Source: Bacteroidetes bacterium UBA7662 (GTDB lineage Bacteria; Bacteroidota; Bacteroidia; UBA7662). From it: a stretch of DNA of 64,000 nucleotides. The stretch is taken from positions 8,959 to 72,958 of the forward strand of contig DLHS01000003.1 of NCBI GenBank assembly GCA_002483345.1. Reading direction: 5' to 3'. The position numbers and the translations under genes are program-made. The notes below the pieces were generated by a model. That model saw only the letters and a program-made list of their open reading frames with translations, made no database searches and was not told where the DNA came from. Below, in pieces: positions 18,205-28,496 of this stretch; positions within the stretch are counted from its first letter, which is position 1; each line of letters opens with the position of its first letter.

Positions 18205-19251
18205 TTAAAAATCAGACAAATTGGTGGTAACCGAAAAGTTATTACTCATACCAGCCAGACTGATAGCACCTCTGCCGTAGTCGAAGCGGAATTTTTTAAC
18301 CTGTATACCAAATCCGAAGCTGAAACCACTGCTACCATTACGGTCAGGGACTACAAGCTCTTTGCGGCGCTGGTGGTTATAGCCGATACGCGCATGGAAG
18401 TTTTTAGAAAACAAAAACTCACCGTTGATGATTACATGTCTGAAAATTTCATCCGCAACGGTTGTTTCCGGTGCGGGGGCAGCCTCTCCATTGCTAAGCA
18501 ATAATTGTCGTCGGTAGTAGGTGTCGTTCGGGTCATTATAAGCAGCTCCCCAGCGATGCAGGTCGTGAAAAATGATACTCCAGCGAAGAGGCAGGTGACG
18601 CAGGCGGTTAGAAACACCCAATTGCACATCTACAGGCAATGCCTCCCTGTTGCCGGTCACATAAGGATCAAGCTGCATTCCAAAATTGCGGATAAGCATG
18701 GTGAAGGTCAGATTCCGGGTAGTATCGATATACATACCGGATACATCTACAGCGATTCCGTGTGAATAATAGGATTCCAGATAAGATCCAATCAACTTGA
18801 TATTGGCCCCTACGCGCATCAAAGGATTAAACTGATAACCCCAACCCAGCTGCAATGCCAGTTCTCCTGCCCTGAACTCCCCCATCTCCACACCTCCGGC
18901 ATCCCGGCGTGTAAAACTCCCGTAATTGATAAACTGAATGCCTCCTCCAAAAGAACCATATTGTTCACTTCCCTTGTGGGCATAGGACACCATTCCATGG
19001 CTCACATCGGCTATATAATTCACATAACTTAATCCGATGCGGTTGTGCATGTCGGAGCTGTAAAGGGCCGGATTAAAAAAAGCCAGGTTCACATCTGACT
19101 CATAAGTGGCTATCGTACTTCCACCCAATGCTGTAGTCCGGGCAGCAGGTGTAAGCCTCAGGAAATTATAAGTGGTTTGTCCGCCCATCTGGGCAGAAGA
19201 AGTAACGGCAAGCAGGGAAAAAAAACAAAAGTACAGCATCGACTGGCGCAT
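18205..19251 (-). CDS. porQ: Type IX secretion system protein PorQ
   Basis: GGQTTYNFLRLTPAARTTALGG, NPA, RIGYNHQRRKEL, GFSFGFG; beta-barrel character. Confidence 0.85.
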   Translation of the reverse strand: MRQSMLYFCFFSLLAVTSSAQMGGQTTYNFLRLTPAARTTALGGSTIATYESDVNLAFFNPALYSSDMHNRIGLSYVNYIADVSHGMVSYAHKGSEQYGSFGGGIQFINYGSFTRRDAGGVEMGEFRAGELALQLGWGYQFNPLMRVGANIKLIGSYLESYYSHGIAVDVSGMYIDTTRNLTFTMLIRNFGMQLDPYVTGNREALPVDVQLGVSNRLRHLPLRWSIIFHDLHRWGAAYNDPNDTYYRRQLLLSNGEAAPAPETTVADEIFRHVIINGEFLFSKNFHARIGYNHQRRKELVVPDRNGSSGFSFGFGIQVKKFRFDYGRGAISLAGMSNNFSVTTNLSDF

Positions 19252-19304
19252 CAGGATGCTTAACGGATGAACGGTCACTGACAAGGTGGTACGCATGAAA
19301 AAAA

Positions 19305-19775
19305 TCAAAACTCGGTTCCTTTGATGATAATTTCAGGTGTTTCAACCACATTGCTGGCACGTAAGGCTCTGTCTTTGATCTGTATGCTGTAGCGTACCGT
19401 ATCAGTTGCCAGGCCTGGACGTCGCAGCGTATTCTGAATGACCAGCCGGATTTCACCTGAAATTTGTTTGCTGTTTCCGGGAGGTGTTACCACCGGCATT
19501 CTGAACGGATACAGAATATCCCCGAAATCGGGCAATCCTTTCCTTTTATCGTATACAGTCACATCACTGGTCGTATCCGCTTCGGGCAGGCCCAGATCAC
19601 CATCACCATCCGTAAAACCTACTATGATGACGATAGAATCAACCAATTCCGTGACCACCAGCGGTTCTGCCGAAATAAAAGTGATGGCCGGCACCTCATC
19701 GAACAAACGAATGGGTTGACAGGCATGCAGCAAAACAGCTGCAAACAGTACATATCCGGCCTTAAGCAATTTCAT
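19305..19775 (-). CDS. Hypothetical lipoprotein
   Basis: Lipobox LHA-C; FTDGDGDLG and IKDRA..SN motifs. Confidence 0.7.
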   Translation of the reverse strand: MKLLKAGYVLFAAVLLHACQPIRLFDEVPAITFISAEPLVVTELVDSIVIIVGFTDGDGDLGLPEADTTSDVTVYDKRKGLPDFGDILYPFRMPVVTPPGNSKQISGEIRLVIQNTLRRPGLATDTVRYSIQIKDRALRASNVVETPEIIIKGTEF

Positions 19776-19855
19776 CTTCTCAAAAATAACCAAATCACAA
19801 CGACTCCGGACGTCAAAAGTTATACAAGCACGGTGCTGCATACTAAATTTGAACC

Positions 19856-20851
19856 GTGAATGACCTGAAATTATCCCTGCGCGCAGCTATCAACGGTGAA
19901 AACTTCGATTTTGAAGCCCTTGCATTGGAGTTATTTCAGTTTCAGGCAAAAAACAATCCGGTATACAAAACCTGGCTTTCGGCCATCGCCTGCCAACCAT
20001 CCAGGGTAAAAAAAACCGCTGATATCCGGTATCTACCCATCGAATTGTTTAAAAGTCAGGAGGTGCGGTCGGTTGATGGCCCCGCTGCACAACTGTTTAC
20101 CAGCAGCGGAACCACGGGACAACTCAACAGCCACCACTTTTTATCCGACACCAGTTGGTATGAATCCTCCTTTCTGCGTTGTTTTGAGCTGTTTTACGGC
20201 CATCCTGACCAATATGTAATACTGGCTTTGCTCCCTGGTTATCTGGAACGACCGGGTTCATCGCTTGTTTATATGGTCGACCGGCTTATAAAAAGTAGCG
20301 GAGATCTGCATTCCGGTTTTTTCCTGCAGGCAGACAGTAAGCTGAAGGCTGGTGTAGCACATGCCCGTAAAAGTGGAAAAAAGGTTTTCCTATGGGGGGT
20401 AACCTTTGCCCTGCTCGAATTGGCAGCGCAGAAAGGGCTTGCTTTACAGCCCGATGACGTGGTAATGGAAACTGGCGGAATGAAAGGCCGTGGCAGAGAG
20501 CTCATCCGGGAGGAATTACACCAGCAACTGCGTGAAGCCTTTGGAGTAACAGACATACATTCAGAGTATGGCATGACCGAATTACTATCGCAGGCTTATG
20601 CTCCCAGCGGTGGCCGTTTTTATCTGCCGCCGCATATGCAATTGTGTATTCGGGATGCCAACGACCCTTTCCAATTTGTAACACACGAAAAAACAGGCGG
20701 AATCAATGTAATTGATCTGGCTAATTACGAAAGTTGTGCTTTTATCCAGACCCAGGATTTAGGCAGAACTTTCCCGGATGGCGGGTTTGAGGTGCTGGGC
20801 CGTTTTGATCACAGCGAACTAAGGGGTTGCAATCTGCTTACAGCCCGGTAA
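19856..20851 (+). CDS. LuxE/PaaK-family acyl-protein synthetase-like protein
   Basis: FTSSGTTG, METGGMKGRGRE, SEYGMTELLSQAY, TQDLG, GRF...RGC. Confidence 0.85.
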   Translation: MNDLKLSLRAAINGENFDFEALALELFQFQAKNNPVYKTWLSAIACQPSRVKKTADIRYLPIELFKSQEVRSVDGPAAQLFTSSGTTGQLNSHHFLSDTSWYESSFLRCFELFYGHPDQYVILALLPGYLERPGSSLVYMVDRLIKSSGDLHSGFFLQADSKLKAGVAHARKSGKKVFLWGVTFALLELAAQKGLALQPDDVVMETGGMKGRGRELIREELHQQLREAFGVTDIHSEYGMTELLSQAYAPSGGRFYLPPHMQLCIRDANDPFQFVTHEKTGGINVIDLANYESCAFIQTQDLGRTFPDGGFEVLGRFDHSELRGCNLLTAR

Positions 20852-20924
20852 TTCCGCATAAAATATGCACATCTTTTGGTAGGTAATGCGCCACTTGGTA
20901 GATTAGCCGCTCAATTCATTTTTT

Positions 20925-22265
20925 ATGAAACGTTTATCACTTTTGGCAGCCATCGTGCTGCTCGCCGGTGTAATCTCCTGCTCTGATAAAAACAAAACTG
21001 TGAAAATCGACCCTCCTGTTGCGGCCAAAGCGGTTATCTACGAAGTATATGTCCGTAATTTCACAGCTGAGGGAACTTTTAAAGCCATGATACCCCGACT
21101 GGCTGAACTGAAATCGATGGGTGTTAACACCCTTTGGTTTATGCCCATCCACCCGGTAGGTATCGAAAATCGCAAGGGTACCTTTGGTTCCCCCTATGCC
21201 ATCAAGGATTACTACGATGTAAATCCTGAATTCGGAACGAAAGAAGACTTTAAGGCATTGGTAGATTCCGCCCATGCACACGGACTGCACATCATCATCG
21301 ATTTTGTAGCCAATCATACCGCGTGGGATCACCCGTGGACCGTTCAGCATCCCGACTGGTTCACCAAAGACAGCCTTGGTAACTTACAGCCGCCCGTAGC
21401 CGACTGGACCGATGTGGCCGACCTCAACTACGAAAATGATTCGCTGAAGGAAGAAATGATTAAGGTGCTGGAATATTGGGTACGTGATTTTGATATAGAT
21501 GGCTATCGTTGCGATGTAGCAGAAATGGTACCTGTAGACTGGTGGAACAGTGCTATTTCAAGAGTACGCAAACAAAAACCGGTGCTGATGCTGGCGGAAG
21601 GTGCTGATGCTGCTTTGTATGCGGCCGGCTTTGATCTGACCTATTCCTGGGATTTATACCACAACCTGAAAAAAGTATTCAAAGGCGACAGTGCAACCCT
21701 TATCCCTACCATTCTGGCGGAGGAAAGTGCCCGTTTACCTCAGGGTGCGCAGAGAATGCGGTTTATCACCAACCACGATGAAACCTCCTGGGACGATGTC
21801 CCTGTAAACCTTTTTAACAACCGCGATGGTTCAATGGCTGCCTTCTTTTTCAGCGCCATGATGCCCGGCATTCCTTTGCTGTACAATGGACAGGAAGTAG
21901 CACATCCCACCAAAATGAATCTTTTCGAAAAAAGCGATATCCTTTGGGCTTCGAATCCTGACGTGAAGTCTTTTTACACCAAAGTGCTGGCACTCAAAAA
22001 CAACGAGCCAGCCTTGCTGGAAGGGGTTTTGCGTTTTGATTCCCTCCAGTCGAAAGACGCGCTTATTTTCAGCCGCGGGGAAGGAATTGCTGCCTTGCAT
22101 GGTATCGTGAATTTCCGAGACACGCTCACCACCCTTCAGATTCCGGTAGCCCTGCAGGGAAAAAGATTTACAGATTTGTATACCGGTAAATCCATACTTC
22201 TTGAAAAAGAACTGCTGTTGCTCGACTATGGTTTTTACCTCCTGAAAGAGGAACCAGCCAGCTGA
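20925..22265 (+). CDS. GH13 alpha-amylase-family lipoprotein
   Basis: Lipobox VIS-C; DFVANH, DGYRCDVA, LAE, NHD conserved regions. Confidence 0.92.
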   Translation: MKRLSLLAAIVLLAGVISCSDKNKTVKIDPPVAAKAVIYEVYVRNFTAEGTFKAMIPRLAELKSMGVNTLWFMPIHPVGIENRKGTFGSPYAIKDYYDVNPEFGTKEDFKALVDSAHAHGLHIIIDFVANHTAWDHPWTVQHPDWFTKDSLGNLQPPVADWTDVADLNYENDSLKEEMIKVLEYWVRDFDIDGYRCDVAEMVPVDWWNSAISRVRKQKPVLMLAEGADAALYAAGFDLTYSWDLYHNLKKVFKGDSATLIPTILAEESARLPQGAQRMRFITNHDETSWDDVPVNLFNNRDGSMAAFFFSAMMPGIPLLYNGQEVAHPTKMNLFEKSDILWASNPDVKSFYTKVLALKNNEPALLEGVLRFDSLQSKDALIFSRGEGIAALHGIVNFRDTLTTLQIPVALQGKRFTDLYTGKSILLEKELLLLDYGFYLLKEEPAS

Positions 22266-22287
22266 TATTTGTAATTGTATACAGGCA

Positions 22288-24756
22288 ATGACCATGTGTC
22301 GTTGCCTGTTTTTATTTATAATACTATTTATTCCCATGACGCAAGCCCGTCAGGATTACCGCAACACGCCTTTAAGCGCTGTAACCCGTTTCGAACAAAA
22401 CGGTCAGTTACTCCAATTTGAAACGGCAGAAGCCAGGGTTGTTGTCCAGTTGTACAGCGCGAGTCTGGTGCGTATCCGGGCCCTGGCACTGCACAGATCA
22501 TTTGAAGATCATTCCTATGCGGTGATTTCCCGGCCGGAAACTGTTTCATTTCGTTTGACAGAAAACGAAACAGGCTGGTCTTTGCATACCGATAAAATGC
22601 AGTTGCGTATTCAACGGGCAGCTTTGCGATTCGATCTGTACGACGCAGGGGGTCATTTGTTGCTGGGTGATGATGCTGCTTTCGGCATTTCTTTTCTGGG
22701 AAATGAGATAAGCTGTTATAAAAGCCTGCGGGACGATGAAAAATTCATCGGATTGGGCGAAAAAACAGGTTTCCTGAACCGTCGGGGCAAATGGTATCAG
22801 CACTGGAATACCGATGCTTTTGCTTATGGAGAAGAAGAAGACCCTTTGTATCTGAGTACCCCTTTTTACATGGGCATCACTGCACAAAGGGTCTATGGCG
22901 TATTTCTCGACAACAGTTATCGTTCTGTGTTTAATTTCGGGGCTTCCAACCATCGTTTTTCCTATTTCCAGGTACCCGACGGGGAACTGGATTATTATAT
23001 GTTCTGCAGCGGATCTGTGGCGGAAACCATTTCTGAATACAGCTGGCTCACCGGTCGTATGCCCATGCCTCCGAAATGGAGTCTGGGATATCAGCAATGC
23101 CGTTACAGCTACTATCCTGATAAGGAGGTTCTGAATATCGCCCGTACCTTCCGGGAAAAACACATTCCCTGTGATGTCATCTACCTCGACATCCATTTTA
23201 TGGATCAGTACAAACTGTTTACCTGGAACAACAGGGAATTCCCGGACCCCGCTGCCTTCATCAGACAGTTGCGCGAGATGGGTTTTCAGGTTGTTGTCAT
23301 TGTGGATCCGGGTGTAAAGGATGAGGAAGGCTATCGCATCTTTGAAGAATTACGCGATCAGCAGCTTTTTGTGGCCTATCCGGATGGCACACCTTACAAA
23401 GGAGATGTATGGCCAGGCACCTGTCTTTTCCCTGATTTCACGCGGGAGGCTACCCGGAACTGGTGGGGTAAACAGTTTGAAGAAAACATAGGCCTTGGCA
23501 TAGAAGGTTACTGGAACGACATGAACGAGCCGGTCACCTGGGGCAAAAAACTGCCGGATCTGCTCGAATTTGATTTCGATGGTTTTGGAGCAAGCCACCG
23601 CAAGGCCCACAATGTTTACGGCATGCAAATGGCGCGCAGCACTTTTGAAGGTGTGAAAGCACGCCTCAATGGCCGACGGCCATTTGTCCTTACCAGGGCA
23701 GGTTTCAGCGGTATACAGCGGTACGCGGCAGTGTGGACCGGCGATAATTCTGCCGGCGACGATCATATGCTCATGGGTGTCCGACTCTTATCCAGTATGG
23801 GACTTACCGGTATACCCTTTACCGGTATGGATGTGGGTGGTTTTGTAGGCGAATCCTCACCCCGGCTTTTTACCAGATGGATGCAGATAGGGGCCTTCTC
23901 CCCTATGTTCCGAGGTCATACCATGATCAACAGCCGTGATTCCGAACCCTGGTCTTATGGTGAAGAAGCCGAAGAAATCTCCCGCAACTTCATTCGGCTG
24001 CGTTACCGGTTAATGCCCTACATCTACAGCGTCATTGCCGAAGCGGTCAGAAATGGCCAGCCTTTGGTCAGAAGCCTTGCTATCGATTATACCCACGATG
24101 AGAATATTTACAACCGTGACTGGTCTAATCAGTATATGTTTGGACCATCGCTGCTGGTAGCAGCTGTAAACTCCTGGCAACCAATACAAAAAGTGTATTT
24201 ACCTGAAGGAGAATGGTACTCATTATACAACGATGCCCTCCATGCGGGCAAACAGGTTTTACTCACTGAAACCCCGGCAGAGATACTGCCGGTATTTGTA
24301 AAAGCCGGAACGGTTATCCCTGTTTTAGAGAAATCACCCGAAAACCTGCAACAGGCCGCTGCTGATACCCTCTGCCTGCATCTGTATGCCGGCAGCAGTG
24401 TCGAATCATTTGTGCTGTACGAAGACAGTGGCCATGACCATGCTTTTGAGGATGGGTTTTTCACACAACGGGAACTTATCCATACCGGGCACGAAAAACG
24501 ACTGACTTTGGAGGAAGTAACCGGTAAAGGAGCACACCCCTGGACAAAAATCAGGGTGTATTTCCATGGCCTTCAGCCTGATGGTGTTAAAATGAATGGT
24601 GTTACCCTGCCGGTTTCAAACAATGCTCACAGATTCATTGAGCCTATTTCCAACTTTGATCCGTTTTTTGTTGTTACGGATTTCCCTCACGAACACAAAA
24701 ATCTGGCATCGGTAGAATTTGACTGGAAAAATGAAAAAATTGAATTAAGCTATTAA
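22288..24756 (+). CDS. GH31 alpha-glucosidase
   Basis: GLGEK, LDIHFM, WNDMNEP, WTGDN, GMDVGGF. Start could instead be 22336. Confidence 0.93.
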   Translation: MTMCRCLFLFIILFIPMTQARQDYRNTPLSAVTRFEQNGQLLQFETAEARVVVQLYSASLVRIRALALHRSFEDHSYAVISRPETVSFRLTENETGWSLHTDKMQLRIQRAALRFDLYDAGGHLLLGDDAAFGISFLGNEISCYKSLRDDEKFIGLGEKTGFLNRRGKWYQHWNTDAFAYGEEEDPLYLSTPFYMGITAQRVYGVFLDNSYRSVFNFGASNHRFSYFQVPDGELDYYMFCSGSVAETISEYSWLTGRMPMPPKWSLGYQQCRYSYYPDKEVLNIARTFREKHIPCDVIYLDIHFMDQYKLFTWNNREFPDPAAFIRQLREMGFQVVVIVDPGVKDEEGYRIFEELRDQQLFVAYPDGTPYKGDVWPGTCLFPDFTREATRNWWGKQFEENIGLGIEGYWNDMNEPVTWGKKLPDLLEFDFDGFGASHRKAHNVYGMQMARSTFEGVKARLNGRRPFVLTRAGFSGIQRYAAVWTGDNSAGDDHMLMGVRLLSSMGLTGIPFTGMDVGGFVGESSPRLFTRWMQIGAFSPMFRGHTMINSRDSEPWSYGEEAEEISRNFIRLRYRLMPYIYSVIAEAVRNGQPLVRSLAIDYTHDENIYNRDWSNQYMFGPSLLVAAVNSWQPIQKVYLPEGEWYSLYNDALHAGKQVLLTETPAEILPVFVKAGTVIPVLEKSPENLQQAAADTLCLHLYAGSSVESFVLYEDSGHDHAFEDGFFTQRELIHTGHEKRLTLEEVTGKGAHPWTKIRVYFHGLQPDGVKMNGVTLPVSNNAHRFIEPISNFDPFFVVTDFPHEHKNLASVEFDWKNEKIELSY

Positions 24757-24759
24757 AAA

Positions 24760-26655
24760 TCAACGCATGTTTTCATCGAGGAATTTCTCGATGGCATGGT
24801 AGAGCTCTATCCTGTTTTCCTGATTACGAAAGCCGTGGCCTTCCTTTTCTTTGACGATGTAGTCGACTGCTATACCTCGTGCCGCCAATGCTTCCACAAT
24901 CTGGTCTGACTCCGCCTTTTTAACCCGGGGATCCTGAGCACCCTGCACTACCATCAGGGGCACTTTAATTTTATCCGCATGGTATACAGGAGATACTTTC
25001 ACATAATAAAGACTATCCTTTACAGGATGCCCTATCATTTCATAATACATTTCCCGCTCCTGCTCCCAATAAGGTGGTATGGTCTGCATGAGGGTAAACA
25101 GGTTAGAGACCCCGACATAATCAATACCGCAACGGTATAAATCCGGTGTAAAGGCAAGACCTGCCAGGGTTGCATAACCACCGTAACTGGCGCCATAAAT
25201 GGCAATACGTTTAGGGTCTGCAATACCTTCCGCAATAAGATATTCTACGCCATCGGTAATGTCATCCTGCATCCTGAGACCCCATTGTTTGAAGCCCGCC
25301 TCCCAGAAAGCCCTTCCATAACCAGTAGAGCCCCTGAAATTCATCTGGAGCACCGCATAACCTCTGTTGGCCAAAAACTGCACATGACTGTCAAACCGCC
25401 AGTAGTCACGGGCCCACGGACCGCCATGAGGCATGACCACAACTGGCAGATTCCGGCCTTCGAGTCCGAGGGGAATCGTCAGATACCCATGAATGGTGAG
25501 CCCGTCACGTGTGGTGTATGTAATGGGTTTAACAGGCGACATCTGCTCTTTATCAAGCCAGGGGCTGACTTCTGAGAGTTTGACCACCTTACCGGCTGCG
25601 CAGTTATAATAATAAAAAGCCCCCAGGGTACGGTCAGAAAAGGTTCTTACGATAAATTTCTCTTCTGTATCATCGATGGAGGCAAAGGTGAGTTCATCCC
25701 CATCCGGCATTTGTGCTTTGATATCCTCATAAAGCCCCTTCGCAATTTCATCCAGAAATACCAATCTGCCTTTCCAGTCCACATAATGAACAACCGTAGG
25801 CTTCTTACGCTTTCGTGAATAGCCAATCCAGTTTACATCGTTGTTGGGGGCTTCGTACAGTATGGTATCTTCCCTGTTTTGCTTCAGGTCATAGCGGATA
25901 GCAGCCATGCGGTCTCTTCCCAGATTGGAAATGGCATATACTTTTCCGGGTGATTCAAAATCAAAAAACAGAGGCCTGAAGGAGTTCTTATAATCCGTTT
26001 CCAGCACCTTTTCGAAAGGCTGACCTTCTTTATCCCGGTATAAAAAGGTATTGGTAACCCCTTGTGTAGTGGTTACCAATCGGATTACCCCGTCATGGTC
26101 GGTCAGATAAGCGGAGTAGTTACCTGGATTTTTAAGTGAAAGTGTGAGTTTGCCCGTTTTGAGGTTTATTTTATATACATCAAACACCCTTGGATCTCGC
26201 TGATTCAACTCAATGAGCATTTCGTCCGCTGAATTTTCCAGTTTATCCAGCACCCCGGTCCTTACTCCCGGCAAACGGGTCAGTTCTTTGTAATTGCTTC
26301 CGTCAAAACAAACGGTACTCAGAAAGTAGTTTTCATCGCCATCCTCATCCCGTAAAAAAAACAGCTGACGACTGGAGGCCCATCCGAATTTCACGATATC
26401 ACGTTCAGAAACATGGGTAATCCGCCAGATGCTGTCTGTACCGGCCAGCTGAATATGGATATTAAGCCGGTCTTTGTACGGCGCTAAAAATGCCAGATAA
26501 TGGCCATCCGGAGATAGCTGGTATTGGCTGCGTTCCGGGTTGCGAAAAAGTGTTTCAACTTCTATCCGCTCAACTTTCTGTTTTTGAGGGCTTTCGCAGG
26601 CCACTAACAGCCATAACAAACCATAAATGAGAAGATTTCGCTTCGACATAAACAT
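24760..26655 (-). CDS. S9-family (prolyl oligopeptidase-like) peptidase, lipoprotein
   Basis: HGGP, GASYGGY nucleophile motif, DPRV, EGHGF; lipobox LVA-C. Confidence 0.93.
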   Translation of the reverse strand: MFMSKRNLLIYGLLWLLVACESPQKQKVERIEVETLFRNPERSQYQLSPDGHYLAFLAPYKDRLNIHIQLAGTDSIWRITHVSERDIVKFGWASSRQLFFLRDEDGDENYFLSTVCFDGSNYKELTRLPGVRTGVLDKLENSADEMLIELNQRDPRVFDVYKINLKTGKLTLSLKNPGNYSAYLTDHDGVIRLVTTTQGVTNTFLYRDKEGQPFEKVLETDYKNSFRPLFFDFESPGKVYAISNLGRDRMAAIRYDLKQNREDTILYEAPNNDVNWIGYSRKRKKPTVVHYVDWKGRLVFLDEIAKGLYEDIKAQMPDGDELTFASIDDTEEKFIVRTFSDRTLGAFYYYNCAAGKVVKLSEVSPWLDKEQMSPVKPITYTTRDGLTIHGYLTIPLGLEGRNLPVVVMPHGGPWARDYWRFDSHVQFLANRGYAVLQMNFRGSTGYGRAFWEAGFKQWGLRMQDDITDGVEYLIAEGIADPKRIAIYGASYGGYATLAGLAFTPDLYRCGIDYVGVSNLFTLMQTIPPYWEQEREMYYEMIGHPVKDSLYYVKVSPVYHADKIKVPLMVVQGAQDPRVKKAESDQIVEALAARGIAVDYIVKEKEGHGFRNQENRIELYHAIEKFLDENMR

Positions 26656-26777
26656 CTAACCTCAAAACAACGGAATCCGTTTTTAAAAGCAGGTATAAAA
26701 AATGCTAAATCCTCCTTTCAGATTAATTCTTTGTGAAGTCGTCAAGGCTTTCTAATTTGCCGCCTCAGCCAACGAAC

Positions 26778-28106
26778 ATGAAGAAAAAACCTAAATTATC
26801 CTTTTGGCAAATCTGGAATATGAGTTTTGGATTTCTGGGGATACAGTTCGGATTTGCCTTGCAAAATGGCAATGCTTCCAGAATACTGCAAACCTTTGGT
26901 GCCGATGTAGAACATCTCAGCTGGTTTTGGCTGGCTGCACCGCTTACGGGTATGATTGTGCAACCCATTATCGGCTATTACAGCGATAAAACCTGGACAG
27001 CCCTGGGGCGTCGAAGGCCCTTTTTCCTGGCAGGAGCCATACTAGCCTCTGTGGCACTCATTTTCATGCCGAATGCATCAGCCCTGATCGCTATTCTGCC
27101 CCCGTTGTACATTGGTGCCGGCATATTGATGATTATGGACACTTCGTTCAACATTGCCATGGAACCTTTTCGTGCCCTGGTAGCCGATTTGCTGCCCTCA
27201 GAACAACGAACGCTGGGCTTCTCGATACAGACCTTTCTGATAGGTATTGGCGCCGTGATCGGCTCCTGGATGCCCTATGCTTTCGCGGAGTGGTTTGGAA
27301 TTGCCAAAACCGCAGCACCCGGACAGGTCCCCGACAACGTAACCTACTCATTTTACATCGGAGCCATTGTATTCCTCATAACAATTCTCTGGACAGTAAT
27401 GTCGACCAAAGAATTTCCGCCGGAGGAATACAAGAAAGAAGCAGAAAAAGAGCAGCTCAGTGGTATGAGGCAGATTGCAAGAGATTTTGCCCGTATGCCC
27501 AAAACCATGAAGCAATTGGGATTGGTGCAGTTTTTCTCCTGGTTTGCCCTGTTCAGCATGTGGGTATTTACTACCCCGGCAGTTGCCACACATGTTTATG
27601 GCCTCGATATCAACGATACCAGCTCCGAAACCTATCAGAATGCAGGTAACTGGGTGGGTATCATTTTTGGCGTTTACAATGGTGTTTCTGCCATTTATGC
27701 CCTGCTGTTGCCAGCCATCGCCCTGAAATTCGGGCGTAAACGTACCCATGCCCTGTCGCTGGTGGCAGGTGGTATCGGACTCATATCTATCTATTTCATC
27801 AAAGAACCCAATATGCTTTTACTTCCGATGATAGGGATAGGCATCGCATGGGCTTCTATTCTCGCCATGCCGTATGCTATACTGGCGGGTGCCATCCCTA
27901 TTCATAAAATGGGGATTTACATGGGTGTATTTAATTTCTTTATTACACTGCCGCAGATTATCAATGGTGTGATTGGTGGCCCTATCGTGAAATACCTCTA
28001 CAACAATCAGGCGATTTACGCCCTGATCATGGCAGGCCTGTTCATGCTGATAGCAGCCGTATCGGTAATTTTTGTTGAAGACAAAGACGATCATATAAAG
28101 GCCTGA
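26778..28106 (+). CDS. MFS maltose/sugar transporter (SLC45/GPH-like)
   Basis: WNMSFGFLGIQFGF, VQPIIGYYSD, GRRRPF, MEPFRALVAD; about 12 TM segments. Confidence 0.88.
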   Translation: MKKKPKLSFWQIWNMSFGFLGIQFGFALQNGNASRILQTFGADVEHLSWFWLAAPLTGMIVQPIIGYYSDKTWTALGRRRPFFLAGAILASVALIFMPNASALIAILPPLYIGAGILMIMDTSFNIAMEPFRALVADLLPSEQRTLGFSIQTFLIGIGAVIGSWMPYAFAEWFGIAKTAAPGQVPDNVTYSFYIGAIVFLITILWTVMSTKEFPPEEYKKEAEKEQLSGMRQIARDFARMPKTMKQLGLVQFFSWFALFSMWVFTTPAVATHVYGLDINDTSSETYQNAGNWVGIIFGVYNGVSAIYALLLPAIALKFGRKRTHALSLVAGGIGLISIYFIKEPNMLLLPMIGIGIAWASILAMPYAILAGAIPIHKMGIYMGVFNFFITLPQIINGVIGGPIVKYLYNNQAIYALIMAGLFMLIAAVSVIFVEDKDDHIKA

Positions 28107-28121
28107 TTTTTTCTCCGGCTT

Positions 28122-28442
28122 CGGGAGACGGGATACGAGAGGTGCCGGAATTCTGGCTTTGAACATGGCTGCCTTTCCGTTCTCCTCCCGCGCCCGAATC
28201 ATCGTTCAAAATGTCGATCTTCCGTTTAGCTGTAAAACCGTAGCGCTGTTCACGAGGAACACAACTATGGCACACTCGCGTACTGCCTATACCAAAACTG
28301 CCAACCAACATCGGGCACGGTCGTCTGTTTTCGGCCATGAAATCAGTAAAAAGTGTCAACTTTTTTCAGGCACGGTCATCGTATCTCGTCTCTCGTCTCT
28401 CGCCTCTCGTATCTCATATCTCATATCTCGCCTCTCGATGTC
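28122..28442. repeat. Inverted heptamer element (short left arm 28122-28142; right arm 8x TCTCnnn 28384-28442)
   Basis: 28122-28138 pairs with 28379-28395 (15 Watson-Crick + 2 G-U). Right arm ends TCTCGATGTC. Confidence 0.85.
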
Positions 28443-28469
28443 AAAAAAAAAGCCGTCCTTCCGGACGGC
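28443..28469 (-). terminator. Rho-independent terminator of the T9SS cargo gene
   Basis: gccgtcc-ttcc-ggacggc with T9 on the minus strand. Confidence 0.82.
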
Positions 28470-28496
28470 CCATACATCTATTCTGTAAAATGAATA

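Noticed and set aside
19856-20851. Bioluminescence (lux) system
   Set aside because: Only a stand-alone LuxE-like gene, common in Bacteroidota; no luxABCD.
28159-28488. 109-aa ORF inside the repeat element as cargo gene
   Set aside because: TTG start, no recognisable motif, and it runs through the heptamer arm and the terminator.
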